Shown piece by piece: positions 28,981 to 40,640 of a stretch of 64,000 nt of DNA; position 1 is the stretch's first letter; every line of letters begins with the position of its first letter. A program made the translations under genes and the position numbers. The stretch lies in the IMG/VR virus record IMGVR_UViG_3300025121_000011, positions 271,170-335,169 of that record; one strand, given 5' to 3'. Below the pieces are notes generated by a model. The model worked only from the letters and a program-made list of their open reading frames with translations, made no database searches and was not told the DNA's origin.

Positions 28981-30342
28981 ATGATTATACGATTTACATC
29001 GACCAATCCAAACGCACTTGATATTCTTAAAAAGAATCCAGAAAGTTTTTCAGGTATTCAATTGAGAAGTCATAAAAATGGTGTGGCTATAGGTAGGATT
29101 ATTTCCGCAAAGATTCCTATTGAATATCATATGATCTTTCAAGATACTAAATATAGTTACTCTCAGGATTCCTCTAATCAGATTGATTTTCAAAGTTATT
29201 GCAATCCTCGTGCAGCACTTGGTTTAATTGGAGAGTTACTCCGGCACGTATTAGTATCAGATCAAGATTGGCGGGATACAGATATTCCATGGCTTAACTC
29301 TACAATTGGAGAAGTTGATACAAGAGACTTTAACCACACTATTATAGTAGATAATTTATATGCAGATGGTTTTAACTTAGATGGAGGGCTGGTTTTAGAA
29401 AAGTATTTTAAGGAGATTTCTCTAAAAAGAAATGGTCAGAATCAGTTTGAGCTAAAGATAGATGTCTGTCGAGATACAATACATTATACCATTAATTTAT
29501 TGGCTTTTGTATGTATGTATTTGGCGGCAACTAATAAACAGCCTTGGTATCTTAACCGAGATATAGCATCAAAATACATTAGAGTTTTAGAAAATATTGG
29601 TGACGTGCCATATTTTATTTTATATCTTTTTGCCCGTTCCTGTCTTCCATCGGAAGAATTATTTAATGAATTCGCTCCTCGATTGGAGAATATTTTTTAC
29701 AGCTATGATGATCGAGCAAATGATCTAACTATGGTATATGGAAATACTCAATCAATGAGATTGCGAAGTATTTCTGATTTGCTTTTAACTAATGATAAAA
29801 TTTTTTCTAACATTATAGAAATTGGTTGTGGCGATGGAGATTATCCTCGCCGATTAGCAAAGAAGTTGAATAATGGATTAAGTTGGTGGTCATATGATAT
29901 TGAAGATCATAGTTATCTTAATCGTAAAATTCCAGAAATGATGGGAAAATTAGCAACATTTAAATTTACTCAAGAGTGGGATCAAATTCCTTTATTGGAT
30001 AACCCTATAGTATTGTTAGTAGAAGTAATTGAGCATATGTCGGTTGAAGAAGCGATAGAATTAATCTGTCGAATTTTAGATAAGCACTCTCCGACACAAT
30101 TAATTATTACTACTCCAAATAGGACATTTAATAATTATTATCGGTTTGATCCCGAAGATGATGGATTTAGACACAGCGATCACAATTTTGAAATGACTCA
30201 GGAGCAATTTAAAGAATATATTCTTAGTATCATTAAATTGCTCCCATATGATGCATCCTTTTTCGGAATTGGTGATCGAATTGATGCAGATTATACTACT
30301 CAAGGAGTGGTATTAACTCGTAAAGATCCTGGGTCAAGCTAA
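28981..30342 (+). CDS. hen1: Hen1-type RNA 3'-terminal 2'-O-methyltransferase
   Basis: EIGCGDG SAM-binding motif; EVIEH, ITTPN and FRHSDHNFE motifs; N-terminal activation domain. Confidence 0.85.
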   Translation: MIIRFTSTNPNALDILKKNPESFSGIQLRSHKNGVAIGRIISAKIPIEYHMIFQDTKYSYSQDSSNQIDFQSYCNPRAALGLIGELLRHVLVSDQDWRDTDIPWLNSTIGEVDTRDFNHTIIVDNLYADGFNLDGGLVLEKYFKEISLKRNGQNQFELKIDVCRDTIHYTINLLAFVCMYLAATNKQPWYLNRDIASKYIRVLENIGDVPYFILYLFARSCLPSEELFNEFAPRLENIFYSYDDRANDLTMVYGNTQSMRLRSISDLLLTNDKIFSNIIEIGCGDGDYPRRLAKKLNNGLSWWSYDIEDHSYLNRKIPEMMGKLATFKFTQEWDQIPLLDNPIVLLVEVIEHMSVEEAIELICRILDKHSPTQLIITTPNRTFNNYYRFDPEDDGFRHSDHNFEMTQEQFKEYILSIIKLLPYDASFFGIGDRIDADYTTQGVVLTRKDPGSS

Positions 30343-30800
30343 TGTGGGGCATTAGTCGTAAAGATTCTAGCCCATGTAATGTAGTACCACCACTTTTTAT
30401 TAAATATTTAGATTATTTAGTGAGAGATGGACAATTATATTATATGAAGAGAAATTCTATAAGTCCATCTGTAATGATTCCAGATTCAGCTTACAGTTGG
30501 GGCTGGGATAATGCCGGGAATTATGGATTTGTTTGGCGCGGACCTAATGCCTATGAAGGGAATTTGCCATCCGATTTAGCTGGAATATTTCCACTGTGGG
30601 ATATAATTTGGTCTTTTGCTTATCGTTATGAAAGACATCTTGTAGCAGAACAGAATTGGAATGCAACTCAAAGAGAATACTTTTATATCCTTCCTGATAG
30701 ATTTTTGGAATTAGAAGAAATAAGAGAGTTATGCGAACAAAATCTTTGGGTTGAGGCCGCTTCTTTATATGAGGTTAAGAAAAAAATATGGTGCGATTAA
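30342..30800 (+). CDS. hypothetical protein
   Basis: translationally coupled to hen1. Confidence 0.6.
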   Translation: MWGISRKDSSPCNVVPPLFIKYLDYLVRDGQLYYMKRNSISPSVMIPDSAYSWGWDNAGNYGFVWRGPNAYEGNLPSDLAGIFPLWDIIWSFAYRYERHLVAEQNWNATQREYFYILPDRFLELEEIRELCEQNLWVEAASLYEVKKKIWCD

Positions 30801-30998
30801 CTTTGAAATTTCCAAATATTACTGCTGATATTTTAGAGGAAAAGTTAAAGGATGCTGTTGAAAAATTTACATTATCCGCAGAGTATTCTGATGGCGAAGT
30901 AATCATTATTGGATCAAAAGAGGCAATTCATATAATTCAAAAGGCATATAAAATACAACAGATGCTTTCATCTATGACAGTCAATTAGTGAGGCTTGC

Positions 30999-31409
30999 AT
31001 GTCTGATTATGAGTTTGAATCAAATAGTTTGTTAAATGCTCTTCAACACATTGATTGGGATAAGTTAGTTCTTAATAAAAATTCAGGTATGGCACGTTTG
31101 CTTACTGGAAGAGATGATTCTATTCCACTTAATAAAATACAAGTGAAGATTGTGTATTCAGATTATAATCCGGTTGGATGGGCTTGGGTTTTTCCATATA
31201 TTGATTATGATGGCCGTCGGCGCCTCGGATTTATGATTTTTATTCAAAGAGAATATCGTCGCAAAGGCTTGGGATCTAAATTGTTAGATTGGGGTCGAAA
31301 CATTGCACGTCAAAAGCACATTAAATTTATTGTATATCCATGGGATAAAAAAGGACATTTGTTTTTTGAATCAGCCGGAATAACAAGTAGAAACAAAGGG
31401 GACTGGTAA
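30999..31409 (+). CDS. GNAT acetyltransferase
   Basis: YRRKGLGSKLL acetyl-CoA-binding motif A. Confidence 0.75.
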   Translation: MSDYEFESNSLLNALQHIDWDKLVLNKNSGMARLLTGRDDSIPLNKIQVKIVYSDYNPVGWAWVFPYIDYDGRRRLGFMIFIQREYRRKGLGSKLLDWGRNIARQKHIKFIVYPWDKKGHLFFESAGITSRNKGDW

Positions 31410-32635
31410 TGGGTAAACGATATTTAACTGAAAAAGAAGAGGGGCGTATTCGTCGAGCTATTAAGCAGAAGATTCAGTTTTTTTCGCCTACTATCTCTCC
31501 AGCTCCAAAAGATATGACTCGTAGAGAGATTGAAAGCATTCGTTCTGCAATCATGATTTATCATGAAGCTGGTATGAAAGGTGTTGTTATTCAACCAAAG
31601 TATATGGGTTCTTATTGTGATATTTATTTGCATCGAGATCTTGATAAGACTAAATTTTATTCTCGTCGTGGTTATGAAGTTAGACTTGATTTTGAAATCT
31701 TGATTCAAGCAGTTAAATATTTGCATAATAAGTTTTTTTCCGATGAGTGTGAAATTAATTTTAAAGATGCAGAATTAATCATTATTCAATCCGAGCTTAT
31801 GCCTTGGCATGCTTTAGGTGGAGGATTAATTGAGCGAGATTTTGGAGGGTATGAAATCTCTCACCGTATTCACCAAAGGTATTTTGCATCTACTGGCATT
31901 AAAAAAGATGTAGAGTCTTTAACAGAAGATCCGATTTATCGTCAATTTTTAGAAGATAAGTGTGTTATGGATCGTAAGACACTTCTTAAAAAGTATCCAA
32001 TGCATATTGCTTCTCAATATGAAGCTTTAGAAGCTCTTGCTTTTCCAGATGTAGAACAGTATCTTCAAGATATTGAAGTTTATTCCGAACAGCTTTCTCT
32101 ATATGGTTCGGCAGGAGAATTGCATTTTAAACCTTTTAATATTTTAAAGATTGTATATTGTGATGGGCGGGAGGTAATTCCTGGTGATCATAAATTTGGA
32201 TTTTTATCAGTGAGATTAAATCAAGAAGAAAATCCAATGTTTGAAATCGATTTCTCAACACCAGAATTGGATAAACAAATCGATTTAGCTTATAAATTCT
32301 TTAATACATTAACTGATGATAAAAAGATGGAGGGAGTAATTATCAAGCCGATTGGGATATGGAATCCTGATGTTGCACCAATGTTTAAGGTTCGAAATAA
32401 TAATTACTTACAAATGATTTATGGTGTCAATTTTCAGCGTGAGTATGATTATTATCTTAATAAACGAAGCATTGGTGGAAAAGTAAGGGCTTCTAAAAAC
32501 CAATGGAATATTGCACAAGAAATTATTAAAATTCCTATGACGGAAATTAGTGATGACAATGTTAATTACACCAAATTAATTCGTGGTAGAATTTATGAAG
32601 AAGATTATGAGAGGTTGTTAGATTCTAGATTATAA
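31409..32635 (+). CDS. Pnkp-type RNA ligase domain, stand-alone (no kinase or phosphatase module)
   Basis: QPKYMGS, SELMPW, EGVIIKP and KVRNNNYLQMIYG motifs; C-terminal DSRL; close to hen1. Confidence 0.8.
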   Translation: MGKRYLTEKEEGRIRRAIKQKIQFFSPTISPAPKDMTRREIESIRSAIMIYHEAGMKGVVIQPKYMGSYCDIYLHRDLDKTKFYSRRGYEVRLDFEILIQAVKYLHNKFFSDECEINFKDAELIIIQSELMPWHALGGGLIERDFGGYEISHRIHQRYFASTGIKKDVESLTEDPIYRQFLEDKCVMDRKTLLKKYPMHIASQYEALEALAFPDVEQYLQDIEVYSEQLSLYGSAGELHFKPFNILKIVYCDGREVIPGDHKFGFLSVRLNQEENPMFEIDFSTPELDKQIDLAYKFFNTLTDDKKMEGVIIKPIGIWNPDVAPMFKVRNNNYLQMIYGVNFQREYDYYLNKRSIGGKVRASKNQWNIAQEIIKIPMTEISDDNVNYTKLIRGRIYEEDYERLLDSRL

Positions 32636-32651
32636 ACAAAAGGTGGTGTAG

Positions 32652-33146
32652 ATGTCTTCTGGTCATGATTCTCAATTGCAAGATGTATTAAGACTTTATG
32701 GTTATAAATGTTTTTGGTGCAGAACTGATATAGTCAGGGTTTCTTCTTATAGAAAGATGTCTTCGCATGAAAAATCTAAATATAGGGTTGCTACGATAGA
32801 TCATCTTCTTCCGCAATCTTTTGCTGGCACCAATAATTTAAAAAATTTACGACCATCTTGTACTGATTGTAATGGGGCGCGAGGTAATGGTTGGCATAAA
32901 GATGAGGCAGAAGTTTTCCCAAGTTGTCCATTATTGCAAAAGTTAGAGAAGGAAAAGAAAAATCTCAATATTAAACTTAGTTTTCCGGATTCTACAAAGT
33001 GGCATGCTAAGTGGGGTTCTCGTTTGAGATATACAATTCTTCCTTATGTATCGAAACAGGAGGGAGAAGATACGGAGATTAAACTGGATTTAATTTCCGA
33101 AGAAATGAATCTGGAGATTCTTAATGAAGGCTCTGAATTGGATTAA
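32652..33146 (+). CDS. HNH endonuclease
   Basis: CFWC...TIDHLLP...N...NL..SC..CN..RG. Confidence 0.8.
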   Translation: MSSGHDSQLQDVLRLYGYKCFWCRTDIVRVSSYRKMSSHEKSKYRVATIDHLLPQSFAGTNNLKNLRPSCTDCNGARGNGWHKDEAEVFPSCPLLQKLEKEKKNLNIKLSFPDSTKWHAKWGSRLRYTILPYVSKQEGEDTEIKLDLISEEMNLEILNEGSELD

Positions 33147-33362
33147 AGTTATTAAAGCAGAAGAAAATGATGATGAAACTTTTTATCAACTTCGTAAGTT
33201 AATTCGTGTTTCAGATATTCGTGATATAGATGAGTTAACTTATGAAAATGATGATGGAGAATCTGAGTTTTCTGGATGTTTAATTAATTTTTATGATGGA
33301 GACTCCATTAGAGTCTTTGATTCTTATGAGGAGCTTTACGAAAGTTTAGAAGGAGTTTTAAA

Positions 33363-33902
33363 ATGACGCCAATTTTAGTATTGCTTATTATGATGTTTAT
33401 TCAAATAGGATTTGGAATAATTTGGTCTATACTGAAATATAAAAAGAATACGAAAAATAGCGGTTCTCTTGAATCTGAAGTAGAATTTTTGGAAAAGAAG
33501 ATTAATGAACTTAATAAATATAATTCAAAGTTAGAAAAAAAAGTTACGTCTCAGTTAGATTCCTTGAATAAATTCGTAGAAGCTTCAAAAACTCAGACGG
33601 TTAAGTATGTAAACCCAAAAATTGAAGAACTTGAAGATAAACCCCATTTGTTTACTTATAGAGGAAGTATTGTAAAGAATTTAAAGATAATGGAAGAAGA
33701 TTTAAAATCTTTATCAAATGGCGGGCGATGCAAGGTTGAGTTAACGGTTAAGGTGATTGGAGGATGGAAAGCTCACCTTATGAAGACTTGGACTTGTCCA
33801 AAGACTGAGCACAGATATGATATATTATCAGAGCATATAAAAATATCTCCTTATAGAGGCACAGCAGATCAGATTATAAGTGAGATAAAAGGAGTCTGTT
33901 AG
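33363..33902 (+). CDS. membrane-anchored coiled-coil protein, apparently continuing in the -1 frame to 34216
   Basis: N-terminal transmembrane helix; start-less open frame 33884-34216. Confidence 0.6.
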   Translation: MTPILVLLIMMFIQIGFGIIWSILKYKKNTKNSGSLESEVEFLEKKINELNKYNSKLEKKVTSQLDSLNKFVEASKTQTVKYVNPKIEELEDKPHLFTYRGSIVKNLKIMEEDLKSLSNGGRCKVELTVKVIGGWKAHLMKTWTCPKTEHRYDILSEHIKISPYRGTADQIISEIKGVC

Positions 33903-34508
33903 ATCCGTTTTGGGGTCTCGCTAAAGATGGTGAATATATTTTTGATTATCCAATCATATTTGAAGTCGGCGTATATCTTGATACTTCTAATAGGATTGCT
34001 CCTGAAGTACATGAGGTTCAAATTGCAATTCCAGTTGTCACAGTAGAAATTGTAGAGAAGCCAATTTTCATAGAGGTGGAACCAGAATCTACTCTTGATA
34101 TGCAGGAGGTCAAAGATCTAATTGCCTCGCAATTAGAAGTTGAGCTATCTCTGTTAGATGCTTCTAAGAAGAAAAATTTAGCATCACATTCAGGCATTAG
34201 GACTATTGGAGGCTGAAGTTGGTGTCAATATTGATGATACTTGTTGATTTAGCAGAGTTACGGACTAATGTTGACTTGTCATGCAGTTCTTATCGTATAA
34301 GACTTGGGTGTTCTAATGGCAATAGATGGGCGAAGTTGAGGCAAATTATCTCAACTTCGCCCAAAGGCGGCAAAAACTTGGCAGTGCAATTACTACTAAG
34401 TTTAGTTATTGTCTTATTAAAAAAAATGCCGTCGTAATACATGGGCATAAAGAACAAGATAACCAAAACCCTTAGCTGGAAGTATATTGACTTTACTCGG
34501 AGGAAATC

Positions 34509-34853
34509 ATGGGTGACCGTATTAAATTTGATTGGGTGACAGGAAAAACCTGTAATGTTTCAGAACTTGAACGAGATATCGATGAGTATCTTAGGGATAA
34601 TGCTGGAGCGTCAAATATTGTTAAGCTAAGGACCGCCACAGAAGGTGGAAAGAATTTTACTACACCTCGAAAGACTATTGTAGAGGCGAAAGTTAGAATT
34701 CCAATTTTTCAAGGTGTTCGTCGATTTAAAAAGCTTGAAATTAAAACTGACGAACAGATTGCGGAAGAAAAGAAACTTGCTGAAAATGAAGCGAGGTTAG
34801 TTGAGCGTCGTCGTCAACGTGCGGAAAGAGTTCTCATGGAGAAGGCTGGATAA
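34509..34853 (+). CDS. hypothetical protein
   Basis: GGAGG RBS; promoter-motif variant at 34366-34445. Confidence 0.7.
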   Translation: MGDRIKFDWVTGKTCNVSELERDIDEYLRDNAGASNIVKLRTATEGGKNFTTPRKTIVEAKVRIPIFQGVRRFKKLEIKTDEQIAEEKKLAENEARLVERRRQRAERVLMEKAG

Positions 34854-34914
34854 TCATAAATAATAGACCACTTTAATTAAAGTAGTAAATTTATAAAATT
34901 TTTCGGAGGAAACC

Positions 34915-35259
34915 ATGATTGACACTAATGAAGTTATTATTAAAACTGAGATTGGAACCTTTGCTCTTGTTCGGGATATGGAGCGATTTGAGCGATATTG
35001 GATTACTCGTGATGGACGGTGTCCCGGTGCGCTAAAAAACGATAATATCGGGATGGTTGTTCCAGCTATATTTAGTATGGAACTTTATGCCATGGCTTTG
35101 GAAGAGGGATATTCTGTAGATTCTTTGTCTACACCTAAGCGTCCGATCAAGGAACATACTTCTAATCCGCGTGAGGCAAAGGCCCCGTCTGGTAAGCTGA
35201 AGATTAAGATTTCTATGAAGCCTCGTATTGTAACTCGTGGTGAAGCCATTATTAATTAG
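34915..35259 (+). CDS. hypothetical protein
   Basis: GGAGG RBS. Confidence 0.7.
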   Translation: MIDTNEVIIKTEIGTFALVRDMERFERYWITRDGRCPGALKNDNIGMVVPAIFSMELYAMALEEGYSVDSLSTPKRPIKEHTSNPREAKAPSGKLKIKISMKPRIVTRGEAIIN

Positions 35260-35297
35260 TTTAATGCATAGTGCTCAACCTATGATAAGAGGTTAAT

Positions 35298-35858
35298 ATG
35301 ATTGATGTTGAGGCTTTGTATTTAGAGATAAATGCTGCGCATTTTAAAAATAGTCTACCCGCGGATCTTCCAATCGAATGGAATTATAGTTTGCGCACAA
35401 CAGCGGGAAGGTGTCATTATAGAGGCATAGGTTATAGAGTTTCCCCAACCAAGATTGATCTAAATCCACGATTGTTAGATTCTGATGAAAAAATTAGAAA
35501 CACTTTAACTCATGAGATGGTGCATGCCTGGTTGATGCTTGATACCGGAGAGTATCATGGTCATGATGTATTTTTTCAACGGAAGATGGATGAAATTGTA
35601 GGATACAAGTGTTCACACACGTATCATCAGTATGATGTTTCTGATTTGCAGGAGGTGCGAGGTATTGAATATCATTGTCCGAAGCACGGAGTTGTTGGCC
35701 ATAGAGCCAGAATGCCTCGTGCATATGATCTTAATCGCTATGTCTGCGATTACTGTGGTAGCAGAATTGAGTTTGTGGATACGCGACCTCCGACTTCTGC
35801 TGCTGCATCTCGTAAACAAAAGTCGGGAAAATTATCTATTAAGATACGACTTAAATGA
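35298..35858 (+). CDS. SprT-like zinc metalloprotease
   Basis: TAGRC, HEMVH, H..FF; C-terminal Zn ribbon. Confidence 0.85.
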   Translation: MIDVEALYLEINAAHFKNSLPADLPIEWNYSLRTTAGRCHYRGIGYRVSPTKIDLNPRLLDSDEKIRNTLTHEMVHAWLMLDTGEYHGHDVFFQRKMDEIVGYKCSHTYHQYDVSDLQEVRGIEYHCPKHGVVGHRARMPRAYDLNRYVCDYCGSRIEFVDTRPPTSAAASRKQKSGKLSIKIRLK

Positions 35859-35870
35859 GTCTAAATTAAA

Positions 35871-36575
35871 ATGATTTGGTATATTGGAGATGTTCATTGT
35901 CGAGTTAAAGATATTAAAAAAATCGCCAATGATGCAGAATCGTCTTGTAATCCTCCTGCTGTGTTAATTCAAGTTGGAGATTTCGGATGTTTTTGGCCAA
36001 ATTATACAAAAGAAATGGATGCCTGGATCCATGCCCGCGCGTTAACGCGGGAATGGTCTATTCCAATTATTACATGCGGAGGAAATCACGATAATTGGAA
36101 TTTATTTCTAAAGCTAGAATCAGAAAGTGATGCAGATTTACTAGAGATTATTCCAGATTCTGGAATTTTTTATGCTCGTCGTGGGTCTGTAATAGATATT
36201 GGCGGCATATCTCACGGATTTTTAGGTGGAGCATTTTCAACAAATCAGTCTTCTCTTATAGAAAACATAGATTGGTGGCGTCGTGAGGAACCAAATCGAG
36301 AAGAGTTCGACAGATTTTATCAAAATCTTTTAACATATCATCCAGATACAATCATTACGCATGAAGCTCCACGCTGTGTTTCTTATGATAGAATAGGAAG
36401 AAATTCAAATACCACAGTTAGGATGTTGGATAATTTGTTTTGGATGGCAATGAAAGATGGATATCAACCGAAACGACATTACTACGGACATCATCATATA
36501 TTAGAAAAAAGAAAAATAGCTGGAACAAAATTTTTCTGTTGTGGATACCACGGGGAATATTGGATTCGAGATTAG
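35871..36575 (+). CDS. calcineurin-like metallophosphoesterase
   Basis: GDVH, GDFG, GNHD, THEAP, GHHH motifs. Confidence 0.85.
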   Translation: MIWYIGDVHCRVKDIKKIANDAESSCNPPAVLIQVGDFGCFWPNYTKEMDAWIHARALTREWSIPIITCGGNHDNWNLFLKLESESDADLLEIIPDSGIFYARRGSVIDIGGISHGFLGGAFSTNQSSLIENIDWWRREEPNREEFDRFYQNLLTYHPDTIITHEAPRCVSYDRIGRNSNTTVRMLDNLFWMAMKDGYQPKRHYYGHHHILEKRKIAGTKFFCCGYHGEYWIRD

Positions 36576-38185
36576 ATTTAAAAAGGAGGCAACTAATGGG
36601 CGTGTGGTATCTATGCTGTTTGGCTATCATAAATATTTATCTAATAAAAATATGTTATGATGTAATCCCAAAAGCAAGAAACTTTGGTGAAAAGTTTCGG
36701 GCCTGGGTTGGGCTCGTGGCAAATATTTTTGCTTTAATTGTTTCTGTTATATTTTTAGTGACATACCTAACTATCTAGGAGGGTTTAAAATGTTGGGGTA
36801 TTTAATTTTCTGGATTGTTTCTAGAATTATTATATTTATTCTAATTTCAAAAAAATTCTATATTTCAAGAAATACAGAGTTGCCATCTGTTGTATGCTTT
36901 CTGTCTATACCTATTGTTGGTGAAATGGTTGTAATTCTAGAAGTTTTATTTTTTACATATGACATCCTTATTCCACGTATTATGATGCGGGTTGGTGGTG
37001 TTTGTAACAATCTCACAAGGAAAAAATAATGGAATTTATTATTCTATATATTCTTAATAGTCCCGCTGGACTTGTTGTGGTTACCGCCATTATGTTATGG
37101 GGGTTGTATGTGGTGGCGGGTATGGGTATGCGTGCATATCGAGATAATGATTTGGCGACAGGCTTATCATCATTATTGGCGATTTTAATGTATCTTTGTT
37201 GTTTTGGCAGCTTTATTCTATAATAGGATATTATAATGTCTACACCGGCTATTATTTATTTAGTGCTTGTTATAATGCAACTCTTTTATATGTGGGTTAG
37301 GTATTGTCTTGATGTAAATGTAGATGCTCCAGTCGATACGTTGTCGATCATTATGATTTGTTTGTTATTGCTTTGGGGAGGGTTTTTCGATCCTCCTCAT
37401 AAAGAGGTTGATTGTTCTACAGATGATGTTGTTGTGGCAATTCCAAATGGTTATCATCTGGAAAAGATTCAAACTAACATAAAAGATTTAGACTCGGGAA
37501 TTTAAAGGTATCTAGGTTTATAGTAACTTATAAAAATATATCTCACGGTAAACTTAAATAGAATAATATAGGATTATTATATCTCAGTGGAAGCTGAGAA
37601 TTTTGTATTTTAATAAACTAAATATAGGAGATATTACAGTGGATAAATATGATGATATGGCCGGATTACCACTTTGGAGTATCCCAAAATCTTCGTCTGA
37701 GACTCGTTTGCAGTTTATTAAGGATTCTGAAAAAGATTTATCTGATATTAAATCGATAGATCTAAGAACTCAGGATGGAGTAAAGCTGTTTCATCAAACG
37801 ATGAATAAATTTGGTTTTCAATTTACTGAAGGCACAAAGGAAGATGAGAAAATTCTCAAGATTCAACAGGATAATGCTTGTATTATCATGGAGAGTTTAA
37901 TTGAGGCAGCAAAGATTGGAAAAGAGGGACAAACAGTTTTAATAGCTACATATCAAAAGGATGTTTTATACGGATTATGTTTTGACTTAGAAAATAAAAG
38001 AGTATATAAAACATCGGTTAAGATTGATATGACTAAGTATACCAATCAAGATGCTGTTTTGAAAGAAATCTCAGATCTTACAATTGGGTTAACACTTGAA
38101 GCATGGGCAAAGCAACAGAATGCTGTTATTGCTTGGGATGCTGTAAGTATTTTATGCGGTTGTGCTTTTTAAAAGGAAAAAATAA

Positions 38186-39361
38186 ATGACTACATCACTT
38201 GAAGATCTTACCACTGCATTACCAACTTTATATGCTTTAGACAGCAGCGGACGTATCAAGGTCTGGTCCGTTAGCATATGCATACATTTGGATCAATCCG
38301 CTACATATACAGTAATTCACGGGCTTTTAGATGGAAAGAAACAGAGAAGCCCGCGCAAAATTACCAGCGGGAAAAATATTGGGAAAGCTAATGAAACTTC
38401 CCCATATGCTCAAGCGTTATCAGAAGCTCAAAGCAAATGGAAAAAACAGATTGACAAGGGATATGTAGAAGATGTGAATAACATTCCTGTCTGCACAGAG
38501 GTAGAATATTTTCTTCCGATGCTTGCTCAAAAATATACTGAGCGTAGTAAGCACATGAAATATCCTGCGTATGTGCAGCCAAAGTTCGATGGTTATCGAG
38601 CACTTAGTCGAAGAATCGGTAAGCAAGTTGTTCTATGGTCTAGAACCGGGAAGCCATTTTTTACCCTGGATATTATCGTTTCTGAATTAGAATCGATAAT
38701 AAGTTCAAATGAATGTTTAGATGGGGAAGTTTATAGGCATGACTGGAGAAGTCCATCTAATGAGCCCGACTTTCAAAGAGTTTCTTCGGCAATTAAAAAG
38801 AGAAAGGCAGATACAGATTTGTTAGAATATCATGTTTATGATCGTCCAATTCCAGAGAAGCCTGAAGCCTCATTCTATGAGCGGTTTTATAAACCAGCGT
38901 TCATTGACGGCACTTTAGTTGGCAGTGACCATGTTAAAATTGTCCCCACTGCATTGGTGGCATCAGAAGAAGAAATGATGCTTCTTTTTAATCAATGGGT
39001 CAGTGAAGACCTTCCGTATGAAGGTGCTATCGTTAGAAATGCTTCTGGTGTATATGGATTTGACACCAGAAGCAATGATCTTCTGAAGGTAAAGGATTTT
39101 CAAGAAGAAGAGTATGAAATCATTGGAGCTAAAGAAGGTACCGGAAAAGACGAGGGTACTGCAATCTTCTTATGTAAGATGAAGGATGGTACAGAATTTG
39201 ATAGTCGTCCGGTAGGCTCTTATGAGCAGAGAGCAGAATATTTAACTAACATTAGTAAATATATAGGCAGATATCTTCGGGTAAGATTTAATGGTCTGTC
39301 TAATCTTGGGGTTCCACGCTTTAATCGTGGCGTAGGTATCAGAGAAGAATGGGATATGTAA
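38186..39361 (+). CDS. lig: ATP-dependent DNA ligase
   Basis: QPKFDGYR, LDGEV, YEGAIVR and LLKVK motifs; OB-fold C-terminus. Confidence 0.9.
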   Translation: MTTSLEDLTTALPTLYALDSSGRIKVWSVSICIHLDQSATYTVIHGLLDGKKQRSPRKITSGKNIGKANETSPYAQALSEAQSKWKKQIDKGYVEDVNNIPVCTEVEYFLPMLAQKYTERSKHMKYPAYVQPKFDGYRALSRRIGKQVVLWSRTGKPFFTLDIIVSELESIISSNECLDGEVYRHDWRSPSNEPDFQRVSSAIKKRKADTDLLEYHVYDRPIPEKPEASFYERFYKPAFIDGTLVGSDHVKIVPTALVASEEEMMLLFNQWVSEDLPYEGAIVRNASGVYGFDTRSNDLLKVKDFQEEEYEIIGAKEGTGKDEGTAIFLCKMKDGTEFDSRPVGSYEQRAEYLTNISKYIGRYLRVRFNGLSNLGVPRFNRGVGIREEWDM

Positions 39362-39677
39362 TGTATAGCATAGTAATTTTATTGTTTGGCTTTTGTGTTA
39401 TGATGCTTTTGATAAAACTTGGCATGTTGAGTAGTGTGCATGATCTTGATCGCACTAATAAGCTTCTTAAGATTGCTAAGAATCAATTAAAAGAATTATT
39501 TGAAGCAGAACAGATTTTAGGAAGAGCTCTCGGATATCCCACGTATGATCCTGTTTTATTTCCAGATGCAGATGGCGATGTTTGTACTGGTGAAAACACT
39601 GTAGTAACTTTGGCATTGGAAGCAGCGGACTTAATTGCAAATTTGGATACAACTGACAAAGTATTAGTGGAGATTTA

Positions 39678-40178
39678 ATGATTTTTTATATTGGTACATA
39701 TAATGATGGAGTTGTAAAACATGAGGGCTGTGAAAACTTAAAGGAGGCAGTAAGATTTTTCTCTAGAGATGTTATGGGTCATACTTTAAATAGTATTACA
39801 GATTATAATTACAATTTGTTATGGTCTATAGATGGAGGATACAAACCCTATCAGAGTAGCTCCATTAGGGCTATTGATGAGGTAGAAGTATCTCATATTA
39901 TAGATTATCTAAAAAATTCAGAAGAGGAATTATTTACCTTCTTAGTTGAAGACTCTAAGTTAAAGACAAAAGGGTATCGAACTGGTGCAAGCTTTACTTT
40001 TGAAGATGGAGTGTTTGTGTTAAAAGATTCAGAAATGCAACCACGTAAAATGATTAAGATTTCAATAGACGTAGTTGATATTATGAAACATAGGTTCAAT
40101 GCTGAATACTTATGTGAGAATTGTAATAGGAGCATGCTAGATATGGAAGATCCAACCGGATTTTGTAATTCAATTTAA
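39678..40178 (+). CDS. hypothetical protein
   Basis: GGAG RBS; 166 aa. Confidence 0.6.
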   Translation: MIFYIGTYNDGVVKHEGCENLKEAVRFFSRDVMGHTLNSITDYNYNLLWSIDGGYKPYQSSSIRAIDEVEVSHIIDYLKNSEEELFTFLVEDSKLKTKGYRTGASFTFEDGVFVLKDSEMQPRKMIKISIDVVDIMKHRFNAEYLCENCNRSMLDMEDPTGFCNSI

Positions 40179-40192
40179 AAGAGATATTTAAT

Positions 40193-40636
40193 ATGAACTC
40201 CTATCAGCGAAGAAAAAATCGTCGTTTTTTTAGCAAACTAATTAAAGCCCATCAAAATGGGCGACGAGGTAATTGGGCTTACTCTAGGGGCGGTAAGAAA
40301 TATGATTGTGAAGTATTTTTTGGTGTAGATAGAATAAGTTTATTATCAAAAGATAGGCGAAGTGTAGTTGTAACTTGGACACCCTCTTTCCCCATGCAGA
40401 TACGAAGTTTAAAGTTTTTAGAAGAATATTATGGAGAGGATTCTGAGCTGAGATTCTTTCCTGCCTTTAGATTAAAAAATACCGATTATGTTATTATTCC
40501 GGGATTGCTAAAGGGTTCTATACAGTGGATCTCCCTCCCATTATTAAGAAATGCTTCTTTTGATGAAGTATTTAATGTTCTGACTAGTGCTCAGAAGAAG
40601 GAAATCATTTGGGTTTTTGATATACTTAGAGGATAG
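40193..40636 (+). CDS. hypothetical protein sharing its C-terminal tail with the Imm5-like family
   Basis: SFDEVFNVLTSAQKKEIIWVFDI versus DFSEIFEMLTDEQKKLVIYNMDV. Confidence 0.6.
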   Translation: MNSYQRRKNRRFFSKLIKAHQNGRRGNWAYSRGGKKYDCEVFFGVDRISLLSKDRRSVVVTWTPSFPMQIRSLKFLEEYYGEDSELRFFPAFRLKNTDYVIIPGLLKGSIQWISLPLLRNASFDEVFNVLTSAQKKEIIWVFDILRG

Positions 40637-40640
40637 TGTA

